From Dehalococcoidia bacterium (GTDB lineage Bacteria; Chloroflexota; Dehalococcoidia; Plut-88900): 64,000 nucleotides of DNA. Numbering within the stretch: position 1 is the stretch's first letter; each line of letters begins with the position of its first letter. The position numbers and the translations under genes were made by a program. Below, piece after piece: positions 49,202 to 58,102 of the stretch. Below the pieces are notes generated by a model, which saw only the letters and a list, made by a program, of their open reading frames with translations, ran no database searches and was not told the DNA's origin. Location of the stretch: NCBI GenBank assembly GCA_965197645.1, contig OZ240219.1:1152001-1216000 (forward strand), in the 5' to 3' direction.

Positions 49202-50605
49202 TCATTCCTCAGACTCGGGCAGCCTGAACCCGCCGGCCCCTTCCACAGCGAAATAATCCAGCATGGCTATACCCAGGCGGGCGGCGTTGCCCAACAGGTC
49301 CTGGTCTATGTGCTCCAAGGTGTCCTCGGGGGTGTGGATGCGAGAGAGATCTGTGCCTGCGAAGTACATGGCTGGGATTCCGACCGCCAGAAACACGGCG
49401 TGATCACTGGCAAGACCGCGGGGTTGCTGCCCTTCGTAGGCGTCCAGCCCCAGGTCCGTCGCCAAGGTAAGGCCCTGAGCCACCAGCCCGGGATCTCCTC
49501 CCAGCTGAAGCTCCCCCGAGCCTACGGCATCAAAGTTCAGCATCGCCCTGATGCTGGACCTCCCGCCCAGTGGAGATAGGGAATTTACCCAGTTCGCACT
49601 GCCCAGCAGGCCGATCTCCTCCGAGCCGAAGGCGATGAAGTGGATGGAGTAGGGGATGGTATCCACCTTTGTGGTCTCCTGGGCCAGGGCCAACAGTATA
49701 CCAATGCCCGAGCCATTATCGTTGGCGCCGTCCACGTCCGCTACCGTGTCCATGTGAGCGCCCACGACGACTGTGTTGAACCCGGAGACTATCCTGGAGG
49801 CCACCACGTTTCGGCTGGGGGTCGGGAAGCGGAGCAGCCTGACGTCGAGGACCACATCCCCCTCTTCAAGCATCTCCACCAGACGCTCTCCGTCAGCCCG
49901 GGAGATGGTCAACGATGGGATCTCGGCGGGAGAAGAGAGGGTGGCGTACAGCTCCGCCTCTTCGTTGTTGTAGATGATGGCCGCCGAGGCGCCGGCGTTC
50001 TGCGCGTTCTGGACCTTGTCCTCAAAGAACAGGACTCCCCTCTGTATCAACGCGATCTTCCCTTCGAGGCCTTCTTCGGGGTAGGCTTCCGGCTCGCCAA
50101 AGCCGACGTGGACTATCGAAGCGGTGGTCTCTCCCGTGCCGCTCAGATGGACGAAACGAGACACGATGGTCTCTTCCACCGGGCTGGAGATGGTGATAAA
50201 AGGCTCAGTCGTATCGTACCTCTGGACCGTGAACTCCTGTATCTCGATGTCGTAGCCCAGAGCGGTTAGCTCGGCAGCTATGAAGTCGGCGGCAGCCTCT
50301 TCCTGGGCGGAGGCGGACTCCCTTGCGCCCAGCGCCTCCACGAATCGCTGAGTATAGGAGTAGGCTAATTCACCCAGGTTATCGGAGGGGCTGAATATGG
50401 GGTCTGTAGGCGTGGGTTCGGGCGTGGCCTGAGGCGTCGGGACGGGAGTAAAGGTAGGAGAGGGTGTGTCGGCGGAAGGAACCTCCGTAGCTTGTACGGC
50501 GGCCTCTCCCGTCGGCGTTGGAGTATCAGCCGAGTCCCGTATCCTACAGGCCGAGCCTATGACCAGGAGAACCAGGACTATGTATATCAGGTGATGCTTC
50601 TTCAA
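49202..50605 (-). CDS. M28 family aminopeptidase lipoprotein with PA domain
   Basis: Lipobox GSAC, PT linker, GKIALIQRG (PA), GAHMD, GANDNGSG, FGSEEIGLLGS, SDH, HTPED. Confidence 0.9.
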   Translation of the reverse strand: MKKHHLIYIVLVLLVIGSACRIRDSADTPTPTGEAAVQATEVPSADTPSPTFTPVPTPQATPEPTPTDPIFSPSDNLGELAYSYTQRFVEALGARESASAQEEAAADFIAAELTALGYDIEIQEFTVQRYDTTEPFITISSPVEETIVSRFVHLSGTGETTASIVHVGFGEPEAYPEEGLEGKIALIQRGVLFFEDKVQNAQNAGASAAIIYNNEEAELYATLSSPAEIPSLTISRADGERLVEMLEEGDVVLDVRLLRFPTPSRNVVASRIVSGFNTVVVGAHMDTVADVDGANDNGSGIGILLALAQETTKVDTIPYSIHFIAFGSEEIGLLGSANWVNSLSPLGGRSSIRAMLNFDAVGSGELQLGGDPGLVAQGLTLATDLGLDAYEGQQPRGLASDHAVFLAVGIPAMYFAGTDLSRIHTPEDTLEHIDQDLLGNAARLGIAMLDYFAVEGAGGFRLPESEE

Positions 50606-50712
50606 AGGACTTTTACGTGGGGCGCAGTCGTACTACGCCGCGATGGGTTGGTACATTGTAAAACGGGGGAACGGGTTAAAGGTTGCCGTAGCGAGAAACG
50701 GAGGGTTGGGCT

Positions 50713-51150
50713 CTATCTCTTTTTTGGTTTGGCAGGACCTCGCTGAGACTTTCGCTCGGCGCCCGCGTATTTCTCTTCGGGGAAGAGGTCCTCGCCAGGC
50801 CCGCCGCCCTCGCCTAGGGCGCTGCTAACGGCCTCTTCTCCCTCTTCCATCCTGCGAAGAAACTCTTCGCTCACGAAGAACATTCAGATGCAAAATCCGT
50901 CCCGAGCTATGTCCTCGTGGTGCCTTTCGCAAGGGCATATCTTCATGCGATCCCGGTCCGGGTCGCCCTCCACGATCATTCAGGGACAGTACCGGTATCC
51001 GTGCTTTACCTCGTTCTTCGCCAGGCCCTTCTGTACCTCGTCCACGATCTCCGGGTCCGAGTAGAACTTGTAACCGCTCTTCTGAACGTACTTTTCGGAC
51101 ATTTTGACGGCACCGGCTAAGGCTTGTTCGAAGGTCTTCTGTTTCTTCAA
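50713..51150 (-). CDS. Ferredoxin:thioredoxin reductase catalytic-subunit-like protein with two in-frame TGA (probable selenocysteines)
   Basis: SD GGAGAG + TTG; translation ...GLAKNEVKHGYRYCP[TGA]MIVEGDPDRDRMKICPCERHHEDIARDGFCI[TGA]MFFV...; TGA at 50980-82 and 50884-86; final TAG at 50713. Confidence 0.85.
50854..50870 (-). promoter_or_regulatory. Candidate bacterial SECIS hairpin 2
   Basis: GCGAAGA-GTT-TCTTCGC starting at +14 after the second TGA, with a possible lower stem TTCTTCGT/ATGGAAGAG. Confidence 0.6.
50947..50966 (-). promoter_or_regulatory. Candidate bacterial SECIS hairpin 1
   Basis: GCGACCCG-GAC-CGGGATCGC starting at +14 after the first TGA. Confidence 0.6.
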
Positions 51151-51300
51151 TCGGCTCTCCTAGCTGGCTGTGAGGGGTCATAGTTAGTATAACATAGGAG
51201 GTTGTATCCAATCGGCTCGATAGCATGGCGTTGATGTGGAGGTTATAATCGCATCTGGCGTCCCGGCCTGCACGCCATCTTTAACAGACTAATGAAATAT

Positions 51301-51455
51301 GGGGTGTGCAGAGGGCCGAAGCCCATTTATTGGGAGTGCCTGCCGGGGGCCGGGAGTCTGAGATCCTGCCCTGAGCTCGCTTAAGGGGTGTCCCTCAGAA
51401 ATGATTTTCTGTACCCTCCTGGCTAGGAAGGGGGCCAGGGGGATGGGGTCGAAAG
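51301..51455 (+). repeat. Intergenic repeat, family A (with internal inserts)
   Basis: GGGGTGTGCAGAGGGCCGAAGCCC..GGGAGTCTGAG..CCCTCAGA..CCTGGCTAGGAAGGGGGCCAGGGGGATGG..TCGAAA. Confidence 0.7.
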
Positions 51456-51491
51456 AGGTTTATTAGCACCTTACTGAATCATGACTGAATC

Positions 51492-52262
51492 ATGGCCAGA
51501 AACGTTATAGAACAGTTCGGCGAACATGCCGACGACTACTACCGCAGCAAGTACCATTCCCAGGGCGGCGACCTCAACAAGCTGGTCGAACTGGCGTCTC
51601 CAGAGACCCACGAGACGGCCCTGGACATGGCTACGGGCGCCGGCCATACCGCTTTCGCCGTGGCGAAGCGGGCCGGACGGGTCATAGCAAGCGACTTGAC
51701 GGCGCCGATGATCCAACGAGCACGAAAGGCCGCCCACGATGAGGGCATCACCAACGTCGAGTTCCTGCTGTGCGACGCCCACGCCATCCCCTACTCCGAC
51801 GAGACCCTGGATATCGTGACCTGCCGTGCGGCGCCCCACCACTTCAAAGACGTCCGCCTGTTTGTCAGAGAGGCGTGGCGAGTGACCAGGCCGGGAGGCC
51901 GCATGGTCGTCATCGATGGAGCGGCGCCCGAGGACCCGGGCCTGCACGAGTACCTGGACCACCTGGAGGTGGTACGAGACCCGAGTCACAACCGCCGTCT
52001 ATCCCTTTCCGAATGGAGGGACGCGTTCCGAGACGCAGGCTTCCAGCTGGACGTCAGCTATCTGGAGGACGATATCTACGACTTCGATGACTGGGTGATT
52101 CGCTCCGGCGTAACTCCGAAGACCCGCGGGCTCTTGGAAGGAATGATTATCGACGCCACCCCCGAGCAGCACCGCTACTTCCGGTTCGATATCCAGGACG
52201 GGAAGGTGATAAGCTTGCGAAACGATCGGGCGGTGGTGCTCGGGCGCAAGCCCAGACCGTAA
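51492..52262 (+). CDS. Class I SAM-dependent methyltransferase (UbiE-like)
   Basis: [28 protein letters not shown]. Confidence 0.87.
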   Translation: MARNVIEQFGEHADDYYRSKYHSQGGDLNKLVELASPETHETALDMATGAGHTAFAVAKRAGRVIASDLTAPMIQRARKAAHDEGITNVEFLLCDAHAIPYSDETLDIVTCRAAPHHFKDVRLFVREAWRVTRPGGRMVVIDGAAPEDPGLHEYLDHLEVVRDPSHNRRLSLSEWRDAFRDAGFQLDVSYLEDDIYDFDDWVIRSGVTPKTRGLLEGMIIDATPEQHRYFRFDIQDGKVISLRNDRAVVLGRKPRP

Positions 52263-52308
52263 GTGATACTGCTGTTTACCGGCACAAAAGGTGACCCTTC
52301 CCCCAGCA

Positions 52309-53124
52309 ATGAGTAACGTTCCGACTGCCATGACCATCGCCGGCTCCGACTCCGGGGCGGGGGCGGGCATCCAGGCGGACCTCAAGACCTTCGCAGCCCT
52401 GGGGGTTTACGGCACGTCGGTCATCACCGCTGTAACGGCCCAGAACACCTACTCGGTGACCGATATCCACGAGCTGCCGGTGGAGACGGTGGTTGCCCAA
52501 ATCGATGCGGTGATGGAGGACATCGGCGCCGATGCAGTCAAGACAGGCATGCTCTCCAGCCCCGAGATCATCGGCGCTGTTGCCGAACGGGTGAAGGCGT
52601 TGAGCATGCCCAACCTGGTGGTAGACCCCGTGATGGTGGCAAAGAGCGGTGATAGGTTGCTGCGGAAAGAGGCCGCAAGATCACTGATCGAGGAGCTCCT
52701 TCCCCTGGCGACAGTGGTCACGCCGAACATCCCGGAAACCGAGGCCCTGGTAGGCTATGCGGTGGAGTCGGACGCCGACGTCCAGAAAGCGGCCAGGGAC
52801 ATCGCCCGCATGGGTGCAGCCAGCGTTGTGATCAAGGGCGGGCACCGGGAGGGCCCGGTGGTCGATACCCTCTACTCCGACGGAGTCTTTAGAGAGTTCA
52901 GAGCGCCCAGGATAGAATCGAAGAACACCCACGGTACCGGTTGCACCTTCGCCTCGGCGGTGGCGGCCTACCTTGCCCGCGGCAGGTCTGTCGAGCAAGC
53001 GGTGTATCACGCCAAGGAGTACGTAACCGAGTCGATCAGATCGGCCTACTCCATCGGATCGGGCCACGGGCCAGTGCATCATTTTCACAAATTCTGGAAA
53101 GAGGCTTCCACGGCCGAGGACTGA
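52309..53124 (+). CDS. thiD: Hydroxymethylpyrimidine/phosphomethylpyrimidine kinase
   Basis: [38 protein letters not shown]. Confidence 0.94.
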   Translation: MSNVPTAMTIAGSDSGAGAGIQADLKTFAALGVYGTSVITAVTAQNTYSVTDIHELPVETVVAQIDAVMEDIGADAVKTGMLSSPEIIGAVAERVKALSMPNLVVDPVMVAKSGDRLLRKEAARSLIEELLPLATVVTPNIPETEALVGYAVESDADVQKAARDIARMGAASVVIKGGHREGPVVDTLYSDGVFREFRAPRIESKNTHGTGCTFASAVAAYLARGRSVEQAVYHAKEYVTESIRSAYSIGSGHGPVHHFHKFWKEASTAED

Positions 53125-53255
53125 GCCAACCTGAGCCTCCGTGAAACGTTCCCCTGGCACGGGCTTCGGGATGTGCCCCAGCCGCAATGCAGTCCGAGAG
53201 TTCCGTTAGACTAGGAATGAGCGGTTGGGTATAATCTAGCGGGGTGATGAAAAGT

Positions 53256-53368
53256 GGGGTGAGCGGAGGGGCGAAGCCCCTTTGCCGGGAGTCTGAGGGT
53301 GCCCCTCAGAGATTATTTCTTCCCCCCTTCCTGGCCAGGAAGGGGGCTAGGGGGATGGTCGAAAGGGT
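53256..53368 (+). repeat. Intergenic repeat, family A
   Basis: GGAGGGGCGAAGCCCCTTTGCCGGGAGTCTGAGGGTGCCCCTCAGA..CCCCCTTCCTGGCCAGGAAGGGGGCTAGGGGGATGGTCGAAAGGG. Confidence 0.75.
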
Positions 53369-53418
53369 TTTCCAACCCCCTGATAGACTGTCCCAGAAAC
53401 CCATGGCGGAGGCGTATC

Positions 53419-53664
53419 CTGAAGGTAAAGGCCAGGTACTTTGCGGTATACCGGGAGAAGACCGGGCGCAGGGAAGAGGACGTCGATCTGGCGGAGGACG
53501 CCACTGCGGGGGACCTGGTATGGAAGATCAAAGAACAGCACGAATCGCTGCTTCAGGACATGGGAAGCTTGGTGGTGGCCGTCAATGATGAGTATGTGCC
53601 CCTGAGCCACCCGCTCAGCGAGGGCGACGAGGTGGCCCTGATCCCCCCGGTCAGCGGAGGATGA
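53419..53664 (+). CDS. moaD: Molybdopterin synthase sulfur carrier subunit (probable CTG start)
   Basis: KVKARYFA..VAVNDEYV..GDEVALIPPVSGG; GGAGG + 6 nt + CTG gives 81 aa. Confidence 0.88.
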   Translation: MKVKARYFAVYREKTGRREEDVDLAEDATAGDLVWKIKEQHESLLQDMGSLVVAVNDEYVPLSHPLSEGDEVALIPPVSGG

Positions 53665-53665
53665 A

Positions 53666-54094
53666 ATGATTGAGATAACCGAAATGCCTATCGTGCCCCA
53701 AGAATTCATCGACCGGGTGACGGATGCCCGGAACGGCGCCGTGCTCACCTTCATGGGTACGGTACGCCAGCTCTCCGACGGCCGGGTGATCCAGTACATG
53801 GAGTACGATGCATACAAGGAGATGGCCGAGAAGAAGCTGACCGAGATAGTCAACGAGGCCAAAGACAGATGGAGCACCGACGACATATCGGTTTCTCATC
53901 GGCACGGTAGGCTGGAGTTGACCGATATCAGCGTGATAATCGCCGTCGGCACCCCTCACAGGGCCGAGGCTTTCGAAGCCTGCCGGTACGTCATCGAGCA
54001 GATCAAGCAACGGCTGCCCATCTGGAAGAAGGAGGTGGATGCAGACGGGGCGGGTGAGTGGGTGGAAGGGCACGTTCCCGCCCACTCCCATTAG
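53666..54094 (+). CDS. moaE: Molybdopterin synthase catalytic subunit
   Basis: GAVLTFMGTVR, YDAYKEMA, HRAEAFEAC, LPIWKKE. Confidence 0.94.
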   Translation: MIEITEMPIVPQEFIDRVTDARNGAVLTFMGTVRQLSDGRVIQYMEYDAYKEMAEKKLTEIVNEAKDRWSTDDISVSHRHGRLELTDISVIIAVGTPHRAEAFEACRYVIEQIKQRLPIWKKEVDADGAGEWVEGHVPAHSH

Positions 54095-54178
54095 AGATTC
54101 CGCTTATCGTCCGGAGCTGCGGTGAGAGGTATTACCCGAGAATTCAACGTGTAACACATACGGCTATAATGGAGCTGC

Positions 54179-54270
54179 GGAGGGATCGCATAGTGGCCTA
54201 GTGCGGGCGCCTGCTAAGCGCTTATCCGGGGAGACTTGGATCGTGGGTTCGAATCCCACTCCCTCCGCCA
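54179..54270 (+). tRNA. tRNA-Ser(GCT)
   Basis: GGAGGGA acceptor, anticodon arm GGCGC-CTGCTAA-GCGCT, long variable arm, GGTTCGAATCC, CCA; TATAAT at 54165. Confidence 0.94.
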
Positions 54271-54302
54271 CGTGATATCCTAACCAGAGAAGGTCACTAG
54301 CT

Positions 54303-54917
54303 ATGAAAACACCACTGGACTTCTCAAAGTACACCGGCAAAGCGGCGATGCTCGTCATCGATCCGCAGAACGACTTCCTCCTCCCCGACGCCCCCTATGG
54401 AGGCGGCCTGGAGGCCAAGGAGTTCATCGAGAACACCGCCGCCCTCGTAGGCAAGATGCGCAAGCGAGGTGTGCCCATCATCTTCACCAGGGAAGTGCAC
54501 CGCGCCAACTGGGTCGACATGGGCAGGGAAGGCGATGGTGAGCCGGAGCACTGCATCGATGGCACACCCGGCGTCGAGCTGGTCGATGAGTTGACCCCCG
54601 AGGACGGCGACTACGTCATCGACAAGCGCCAGTTCAGCGTCTTCTTCCAAACCGATATGCAGCATCTTCTCCGGGGCCTGGGCGCCGAACTTCTCGTACT
54701 TACCGGCGGCACCGCCGGCTGCTGTGTTCTGGCCACCTCCATCGACGCCTATCAGCACAGATATCACACCGTCACCATCGAGGACTGCGTGTTCAGCGGC
54801 GAGGGACTCCTCAACCGGGAGAATTTCAAGGACTTGTATGGCGTATACCAGTTCTTCTCCCGCCCAATGACCTCTGCCGAGTTCCTGCGCCAGCTAGAGG
54901 ACGGCCACGATGACTAG
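54303..54917 (+). CDS. Isochorismatase family cysteine hydrolase
   Basis: LVIDPQNDF, HCIDGTPG, DKRQFSVF, CVLAT. Confidence 0.88.
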   Translation: MKTPLDFSKYTGKAAMLVIDPQNDFLLPDAPYGGGLEAKEFIENTAALVGKMRKRGVPIIFTREVHRANWVDMGREGDGEPEHCIDGTPGVELVDELTPEDGDYVIDKRQFSVFFQTDMQHLLRGLGAELLVLTGGTAGCCVLATSIDAYQHRYHTVTIEDCVFSGEGLLNRENFKDLYGVYQFFSRPMTSAEFLRQLEDGHDD

Positions 54918-56211
54918 CTACCACATCTGGACCATTGGGTGCCAGATGAACGAGGCCGACTCGGAACGGCTGGCCAGCGCTTTGGACCTGATAGGCTGCA
55001 CACCCACGCCCGACATCAACACCGCCGACATCATCGTCCTCAACAGTTGCGTGGTGAGGCAGGGCGTGGAGGACAAGGTGACCGGTCGCCTCGACTCCCT
55101 GAAACCGGTTAAGAGGGCCAATCCGGACGCTACCATCGCGCTGATGGGCTGCATGGTCGGTCCCAAGACCGGTACATTGGAAGAGAGATTTCCAATCGTG
55201 GACCTGTTCATGCGGCCCCAGGCCTACGGTCCTCTCCTGGACCTGGTAGCCCAGCGGGAAGGTCTGTGCCTGGACAACGCCGAGCCCCTGGTGCCTTCTC
55301 ATCCAAAGCTGAGCACCCACGTCCCGATAATCCACGGGTGCGACAAGTTCTGCACCTTCTGCATCATTCCGTACCGGCGGGGACGAGAGAGAAGCAGGCC
55401 CATCCAAGAGCTGGCCATCGAGGTGAGGGCGTTGGCCCGGCGGGGAGTCAAGGAGGTCACCCTCCTGGGCCAGAACGTCGATTCCTATGGCCATGACCTG
55501 CCCGATAGACCGGACCTGGCCGATCTGCTCACCGAGCTCAGCCGCATCGAAGACATTCTGCGGATCCGGTTTCTGACCTCCCATCCCAACGACATGAGCC
55601 AGAAGCTGATAGACGCAGTGGCCAGCCTCGACAAGGTGTGCGAGCACATCAATCTGCCCTTCCAGGCCGGTGACGACGATATCCTGAGGATCATGCGTCG
55701 GGGCTACACCTCGGACGATTACAAGGAGCTGGTGGAGAGAATTCGGGACACGATTCCCGGGGTCTCAATGAGCACCGATGTCATAGTGGGCTTCGCCAAC
55801 GAGACCGAAGAGCAGTTCCAGCACACCGTGGACATGCTGGAACAGGTGCGATTCGACAAGGTGCACATGGCGCCCTACTCGGTCAGACCCGGGACCATAG
55901 CCTTCCGCAAGATAAACGATGACCTGGAGAAGGATGAGAAGATGCGACGCCTCCACGTCCTCGAGGAGGTCCACGAGCGGATAGCCTCCGAGATCAACAG
56001 CCAGCTGGTCGGCACAACTGAAGAGGTGCTGGTGGAGGGCCGTCGGAAGGGCAAGTGGACGGGGCGCACCCGCACCAACAAGCTGGTCTTCTTCGAGGAC
56101 GAGGCTGACAGGCAAGGCCGGCTGGTCGACGTGAGAATTGACAGCTCCACGGCATGGTCGCTGCAGGGCAGCCTCGCCGGAGTTACCGTTCTATCTATGG
56201 CGGCGTCTTGA
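54910..56211 (+). CDS. miaB: tRNA-2-methylthio-N6-dimethylallyladenosine synthase
   Basis: TIGCQMNEADS, GCDKFCTFCIIPY, LLGQNVDSYG, RFLTSHP, C-terminal TRAM domain. Confidence 0.92.
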   Translation: MTSYHIWTIGCQMNEADSERLASALDLIGCTPTPDINTADIIVLNSCVVRQGVEDKVTGRLDSLKPVKRANPDATIALMGCMVGPKTGTLEERFPIVDLFMRPQAYGPLLDLVAQREGLCLDNAEPLVPSHPKLSTHVPIIHGCDKFCTFCIIPYRRGRERSRPIQELAIEVRALARRGVKEVTLLGQNVDSYGHDLPDRPDLADLLTELSRIEDILRIRFLTSHPNDMSQKLIDAVASLDKVCEHINLPFQAGDDDILRIMRRGYTSDDYKELVERIRDTIPGVSMSTDVIVGFANETEEQFQHTVDMLEQVRFDKVHMAPYSVRPGTIAFRKINDDLEKDEKMRRLHVLEEVHERIASEINSQLVGTTEEVLVEGRRKGKWTGRTRTNKLVFFEDEADRQGRLVDVRIDSSTAWSLQGSLAGVTVLSMAAS

Positions 56212-56666
56212 ACAAATCGGAGAAGGCGGCCAAGTACGAAGAAGTCCTGGACTCGCTCAGGAAGGTGGGATACAGGCTCACGCCGCAGCGGGTCATGATC
56301 CTGTCCACCATCGCATCCAGTCCCGGACACGTTACCGCCGAAGAGATCCACGAAAGCGTCAAAGAGACCTACCCCTACATCGATATAGCCACCGTTTATC
56401 GTACCCTCCAGCTCCTGAAGCGGTTGCGCATCGTCGCCGAGATGGACCTCGGCAGCGGCCCCTCCCAATACGAGCTGACCAACGACGACCGGCATCATCA
56501 CATGGTCTGTCGAGAGTGCCGGGGAACCATAGACGTCGATCACCGCAAGTTCCTGGAACCGGTTAGGTCTGCGTTGCTGGATGAGTTCGGCTTCGAGGCC
56601 GACATAGATCACTTCGCCATATTCGGCCTGTGCCGGGACTGCCGGGCCCAACAGGCGCCGGCTTAG
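56208..56666 (+). CDS. Fur family transcriptional regulator
   Basis: RLTPQR, ATVYRTL, HHHMVCREC, GLCRDC; TTG start overlapping the miaB stop. Confidence 0.9.
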   Translation: MNKSEKAAKYEEVLDSLRKVGYRLTPQRVMILSTIASSPGHVTAEEIHESVKETYPYIDIATVYRTLQLLKRLRIVAEMDLGSGPSQYELTNDDRHHHMVCRECRGTIDVDHRKFLEPVRSALLDEFGFEADIDHFAIFGLCRDCRAQQAPA

Positions 56667-56926
56667 TGTCCGGTCACACTCCGTCCCTCCAATGTCATTC
56701 CTGGAGATGTTAGGTAATTCGCTGACAGATTGGTGTTCAATGGTAAACAGATCCGGAGGCGAAGATGCGAGACAACAGCAATGACGGCACGGAGCCGCGG
56801 GCTGATTTCGGATTACTCGCCTGAAGCCAGGGTGATAGCTCCAGCGGATGGGGGCGCCGAGGTGGTGGACATCATGGACCTGATACCGGGCAAGTATGTC
56901 CGGCCGGATGGAAGCTAGGATAGAAA

Positions 56927-57331
56927 ATGAGCGACATAGACGAAATACTGGACAGATGTAAGACGGTTGCCGTGGTCGGCCTCTCCCCTCGAGCGGACAG
57001 GGACAGCCATGGCGTGGCCCAGTACCTGCAAGAGCAGGGTTTGAGGATCATACCGGTGAACCCCACGGTGGACGAAGTGTTGGGAGAGAAGGCCTATCCC
57101 GACCTGAAGTCGATACCCGAGCCGGTGGACGTGGTCGATATCTTCCGAAAGTCGGAGGAAGCCGGTCCCATTATAGAGTCCGCCATCGAGATTGGGGCCT
57201 GGGCCGTGTGGATGCAGAAGGGGGTAGTGAACGAGGAGGGGGCGGCCAAGGCCCGCGCCGCCGGTCTAAAGGTGGTAATGGACGAGTGTATGGAGTGTGA
57301 GGTCCGCGCCCGGCGTGAGGCCGGCTCTTAG
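56927..57331 (+). CDS. CoA-binding protein (YccU-like)
   Basis: VAVVGLS, IIPVNP, VDVVDIFR, VWMQKGV. Confidence 0.9.
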   Translation: MSDIDEILDRCKTVAVVGLSPRADRDSHGVAQYLQEQGLRIIPVNPTVDEVLGEKAYPDLKSIPEPVDVVDIFRKSEEAGPIIESAIEIGAWAVWMQKGVVNEEGAAKARAAGLKVVMDECMECEVRARREAGS

Positions 57332-57792
57332 CCCCTTCGAGGTCGGTTCCGATCGGCGCTGTCCAGCCAGATGGTAACCGGGCCATCGTTGACCAGTTCC
57401 ACCTCCATGTAGGCCTGGAACCGGCCGGTTTGCACCGTCAGCCCGGTTTCCCTCATGAACCCCACGAACTCCTCTACCAGCGCCTGGGCTGCTTCCGGCG
57501 GCGCGGCCCTGACGAAGCTGGGCCTTCGGCCTTTCCGAGTATCGGCCAGCAGGGTGAACTGACTCACTACAAGAAAATCGGCCCTGATGTCCAGGGCCGA
57601 AAGATTGAGCTTATTGTCCCCATCTGCGAAGATTCGGAGGTTGGATATCTTGTCCCGTAGGTAGCTAGCGTCCTCTGTGGAGTCTTCCTGTTCTACACCC
57701 AGCAACACCACCATCCCTTGGCCGATTTCGCCGATGGTAGAGCCGTCAACCCTAACCGCCGCTCTTGTCACCCTCTGAAGAAGAGCCTTCAC
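57328..57792 (-). CDS. dtd: D-aminoacyl-tRNA deacylase
   Basis: MKALLQRV, VSQFTL, KGRRPSF, NDGPVT. Confidence 0.95.
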   Translation of the reverse strand: MKALLQRVTRAAVRVDGSTIGEIGQGMVVLLGVEQEDSTEDASYLRDKISNLRIFADGDNKLNLSALDIRADFLVVSQFTLLADTRKGRRPSFVRAAPPEAAQALVEEFVGFMRETGLTVQTGRFQAYMEVELVNDGPVTIWLDSADRNRPRRG

Positions 57793-58081
57793 CGGTCCCT
57801 TTGCTCTCGGCCTTGGCCGCTACCTTCTCCTTGGACTTGTCCTTGGGCTTGTCTTCGGACTTTTCCTCGTCCTTGGCGCCGTTGGACGGAGCGCTAGCCT
57901 GTCCCTTTCTGTGGTCGGTGGAGTAGAACCCGGACCCCTTGAACAGGACGGGGACGGAATGGAAGACCCTGCGGGATTTGGATTGACACTGGGGGCATGC
58001 GGCCGAACCGGCTTCCTCGTAGCGCTGCCTCGTCTCGAAGTAGTGGCCGCAGCTAAGGCACCGATAATCGTATAGGGGCAT
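57752..58081 (-). CDS. FmdB family zinc-ribbon protein
   Basis: MPLYDYRCLSCG..CPQC..FKGSGFYSTD followed by a disordered tail. Confidence 0.9.
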   Translation of the reverse strand: MPLYDYRCLSCGHYFETRQRYEEAGSAACPQCQSKSRRVFHSVPVLFKGSGFYSTDHRKGQASAPSNGAKDEEKSEDKPKDKSKEKVAAKAESKGTGEGSSSEGDKSGG

Positions 58082-58102
58082 CTACTCCTCCATTTTACGT
58101 CG

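Noticed and set aside
50713-51150. Interpretation of the FTR-like gene as a pseudogene
   Set aside because: The only interruptions are TGAs at the two catalytic Cys positions. The frame, SD, promoter and cluster ligands are intact and matched hairpins follow each TGA. Pseudogene status is not fully excluded without locating the sel genes.
50825-51226. ORF-track entries 50825..51226 (-) and 50917..51120 (+)
   Set aside because: These are alternative-frame or antisense shadows of the FTR-like gene with no recognisable motifs
52263-52308. TPP riboswitch upstream of thiD
   Set aside because: The gap is too short and lacks the conserved TPP motifs
54179-54270. Long-variable-arm tRNA as a possible tRNA-Sec
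   Set aside because: The anticodon is GCT and the acceptor stem is the normal 7 bp, so it is tRNA-Ser
56730-56918. Small ORF between fur and the CoA-binding protein
   Set aside because: No clear SD or recognisable motif; it may be real but cannot be supported from sequence alone
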